Source: an uncultured virus (IMG/VR IMGVR_UViG_3300025961_000410)
Lineage: Duplodnaviria; Heunggongvirae; Uroviricota; Caudoviricetes
Direction: 5' to 3' (one strand)
Length of the DNA: 26,821 nt
Virus record (IMG/VR): IMGVR_UViG_3300025961_000410
Shown: piece after piece, positions 25,377-26,821 of the stretch
Layout of the letters: every line of letters begins with the position of its first letter
How positions within the stretch are numbered: position 1 is the first letter of the stretch
The notes under the pieces: model-generated
Told to the model about the DNA's origin: nothing
Database searches by the model: none
Seen by the model: only the letters and a program-made list of their open reading frames with translations
Translations under genes and position numbers: made by a program

Positions 25377-26311
25377 TAGCTTTCTCCAACTAGGGTTATT
25401 AGTGACTCTTTGCTTAACTCATCAGGATCTTTAGCATACTCAGAAATATCGACTGGATCACTTCGTTTGCAACCCATCGATCTTAAAGAAGCCCAAATCT
25501 TTTGTGCTTGGTGAAAAGCGCCAGAATCAAACATCACGTATACCTGGCACTGGTTCAATTCTGCGAGTTTTGCAATATCCATCAGCTGCCTACTGGAGAG
25601 AGTTACGGTAGAAGCACCAACAGCGTATTCACCATAAGTTGCTAAACGCCACACGTCAAACTGACCTTCAACTATGAAAAACCTTTTTAGTGCAACATTC
25701 AACCTGTGGACACCGTAGAGAAATTGAGTCGTTGTGGCGCCTTCTGGAAACCTGTATCGAATCTGTTCTGAAGGGACTATAGATCTAGCGGTAAACGTAC
25801 ACTGTCTTCCATCAAGATCAATGAATGGGATTATCAACCTATTTCGATAATCACCAGCATAACAATAACGAATATCAAATCCTAAGTCTAATAGATCTTC
25901 TGTATATTTTCGAGTGTTTCTCAAATAATCGGGGAAATTATCTTTTGTCAGCTTATACTGAAAGTCTTCTGAGGGTAATGGTTGATAAGCAATATCAGCC
26001 GATTTTGATCCGAAACTTCCTTGAAAGTTAAGGACTTCTTCCCAGTTTCTAATTGGGAGAGTTGTTGATAGCTTCTTCTTGACTTCAGACCAGTCAAGAA
26101 TCCCTTCAAGCAGTTTGTAGAAGAGTGGAAATCCTCCACGTAACCCACACGATCCTGCTCTACAAATAAAGAAGCCAGTGTTTACATTAATCGCGAAGTT
26201 TTGGTATCCTCCGAAATGGAAGGGGCATTCACCCCTAAACTCACCTCTGTTGCCACCTTCTTTTAGATGGGATAGTTTGCTATGAGTCTCTACATAAGTT
26301 CTAATATTCAT
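25376..26311 (-). CDS. dnaG: DnaG-like DNA primase (CHC2 zinc finger + TOPRIM)
   Basis: CPFH...FICRAGSC, RLIIPF, FTARS, LYG, IVEGQFDV, KDPDE. Confidence 0.88.
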   Translation of the reverse strand: MNIRTYVETHSKLSHLKEGGNRGEFRGECPFHFGGYQNFAINVNTGFFICRAGSCGLRGGFPLFYKLLEGILDWSEVKKKLSTTLPIRNWEEVLNFQGSFGSKSADIAYQPLPSEDFQYKLTKDNFPDYLRNTRKYTEDLLDLGFDIRYCYAGDYRNRLIIPFIDLDGRQCTFTARSIVPSEQIRYRFPEGATTTQFLYGVHRLNVALKRFFIVEGQFDVWRLATYGEYAVGASTVTLSSRQLMDIAKLAELNQCQVYVMFDSGAFHQAQKIWASLRSMGCKRSDPVDISEYAKDPDELSKESLITLVGES

Positions 26312-26316
26312 GAAGT

Positions 26317-26355
26317 AAAATAAAACCTGCTTTAGCGTTCAACTAAAGCAGGTTT
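26317..26355 (-). terminator. Intrinsic terminator between groES and the primase
   Basis: 13-bp perfect stem AAACCTGCTTTAG / CTAAAGCAGGTTT (26323-26335 and 26343-26355), 7-nt loop, and TTTTATTTT at the 3' end on the minus strand. Confidence 0.85.
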
Positions 26356-26362
26356 AAAATGG

Positions 26363-26707
26363 TCAGTTCTGTGGACTCGTAACTTTGACTTTGCCCAAAA
26401 CTGCAGTATCAGGGCAAACCAAAAGCGCACCTTGACCCAACCCAACATACATCAAATCAACAACAGACTCAAGCGATACTACTACGTAATCGCCTACTGC
26501 TGCTGACATTGGCATACGTTTTCCAGCAACTGGATCAAAATACCCGGGGCCAGCTTTGAGCACTTCAAAAACAGCTGCTTTTGCAGATTGTTCAGTAGTA
26601 AGGGCAATACCACCCGCAGAGGTGATATCTTTTAGCAGGACCTTCTTGAGCCAGTAATAGTGGTGAAATGGCTCGTAGTCTAAAATCGCTACTTTAGAAT
26701 CACTCAT
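26363..26707 (-). CDS. groES: GroES-like co-chaperonin
   Basis: TSAGGIAL mobile loop, EVLKAGPG, MSAAVGDYV, AVLGKV. Confidence 0.85.
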   Translation of the reverse strand: MSDSKVAILDYEPFHHYYWLKKVLLKDITSAGGIALTTEQSAKAAVFEVLKAGPGYFDPVAGKRMPMSAAVGDYVVVSLESVVDLMYVGLGQGALLVCPDTAVLGKVKVTSPQN

Positions 26708-26820
26708 TTCTTCTCAGCCTCAGGAGCAGTAGCAGGGGCTGCTTTAGGTGCTTTTGCAGGCTTTGGAGCTGGAGCAGGCTTGGCTGGCTTAGCTGCCTGC
26801 TCTGAAAATTTAGCATTTGC
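26704..26820 (-). CDS. C-terminal end of a protein with a Pro/Ala/Lys-rich tail (partial)
   Basis: ...AKFSEQAAKPAKPAPAPKPAKAPKAAPATAPEAEKK*; its TGA overlaps the groES ATG. Confidence 0.65.
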   Translation of the reverse strand, partial: ANAKFSEQAAKPAKPAPAPKPAKAPKAAPATAPEAEKK

Positions 26821-26821
26821 T

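Noticed and set aside
768..26031. All plus-strand ORFs and nested minus-strand ORFs in the track (e.g. 2825..3124, 7420..7719, 12146..12370, 17303..17512, 25948..26148)
   Set aside because: They are short shadows of well-supported minus-strand genes or the tRNA, with no recognisable motifs.
26704..26820. HU/histone-like identity for the partial PAK-rich protein
   Set aside because: Only the low-complexity tail is visible, which is insufficient to assign a family.

Overview
This 26.8 kb window looks like part of a large (jumbo-type) dsDNA bacteriophage genome. All credible genes (about 42 CDS plus one tRNA) are on the minus strand, densely packed and often coupled by NTGA stop/start overlaps. 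Two modules are interleaved. (1) A bacterial-style replication, recombination and expression module: RecA, a gp32-like SSB, a short DnaX clamp-loader ATPase, a family A DNA polymerase, a beta clamp, a DnaG-like primase, a divergent sigma70-like factor, GroES and KhpA. (2) A complete 7-deazaguanine pathway: FolE, QueD, QueE, QueC, Gat-QueC and a TGT-fold (DpdA-like) transglycosylase. The second module also carries candidate tailoring enzymes (two SAM methyltransferases, a second radical SAM protein) and NADAR and SLOG proteins, which suggests a possibly undescribed hypermodified deazaguanine in DNA. Sequence-level oddities: a P-x-C-F...Cys-rich motif recurring in the polymerase, the transglycosylase tail and a third protein; a frameshifted SLOG gene; a wHTH/zinc-knuckle gene that appears to need a CTG or ATT start; a sigma factor with an insertion in region 2; and a terminator directly upstream of the primase. 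All family assignments come from motifs read by eye; no database searches were run.
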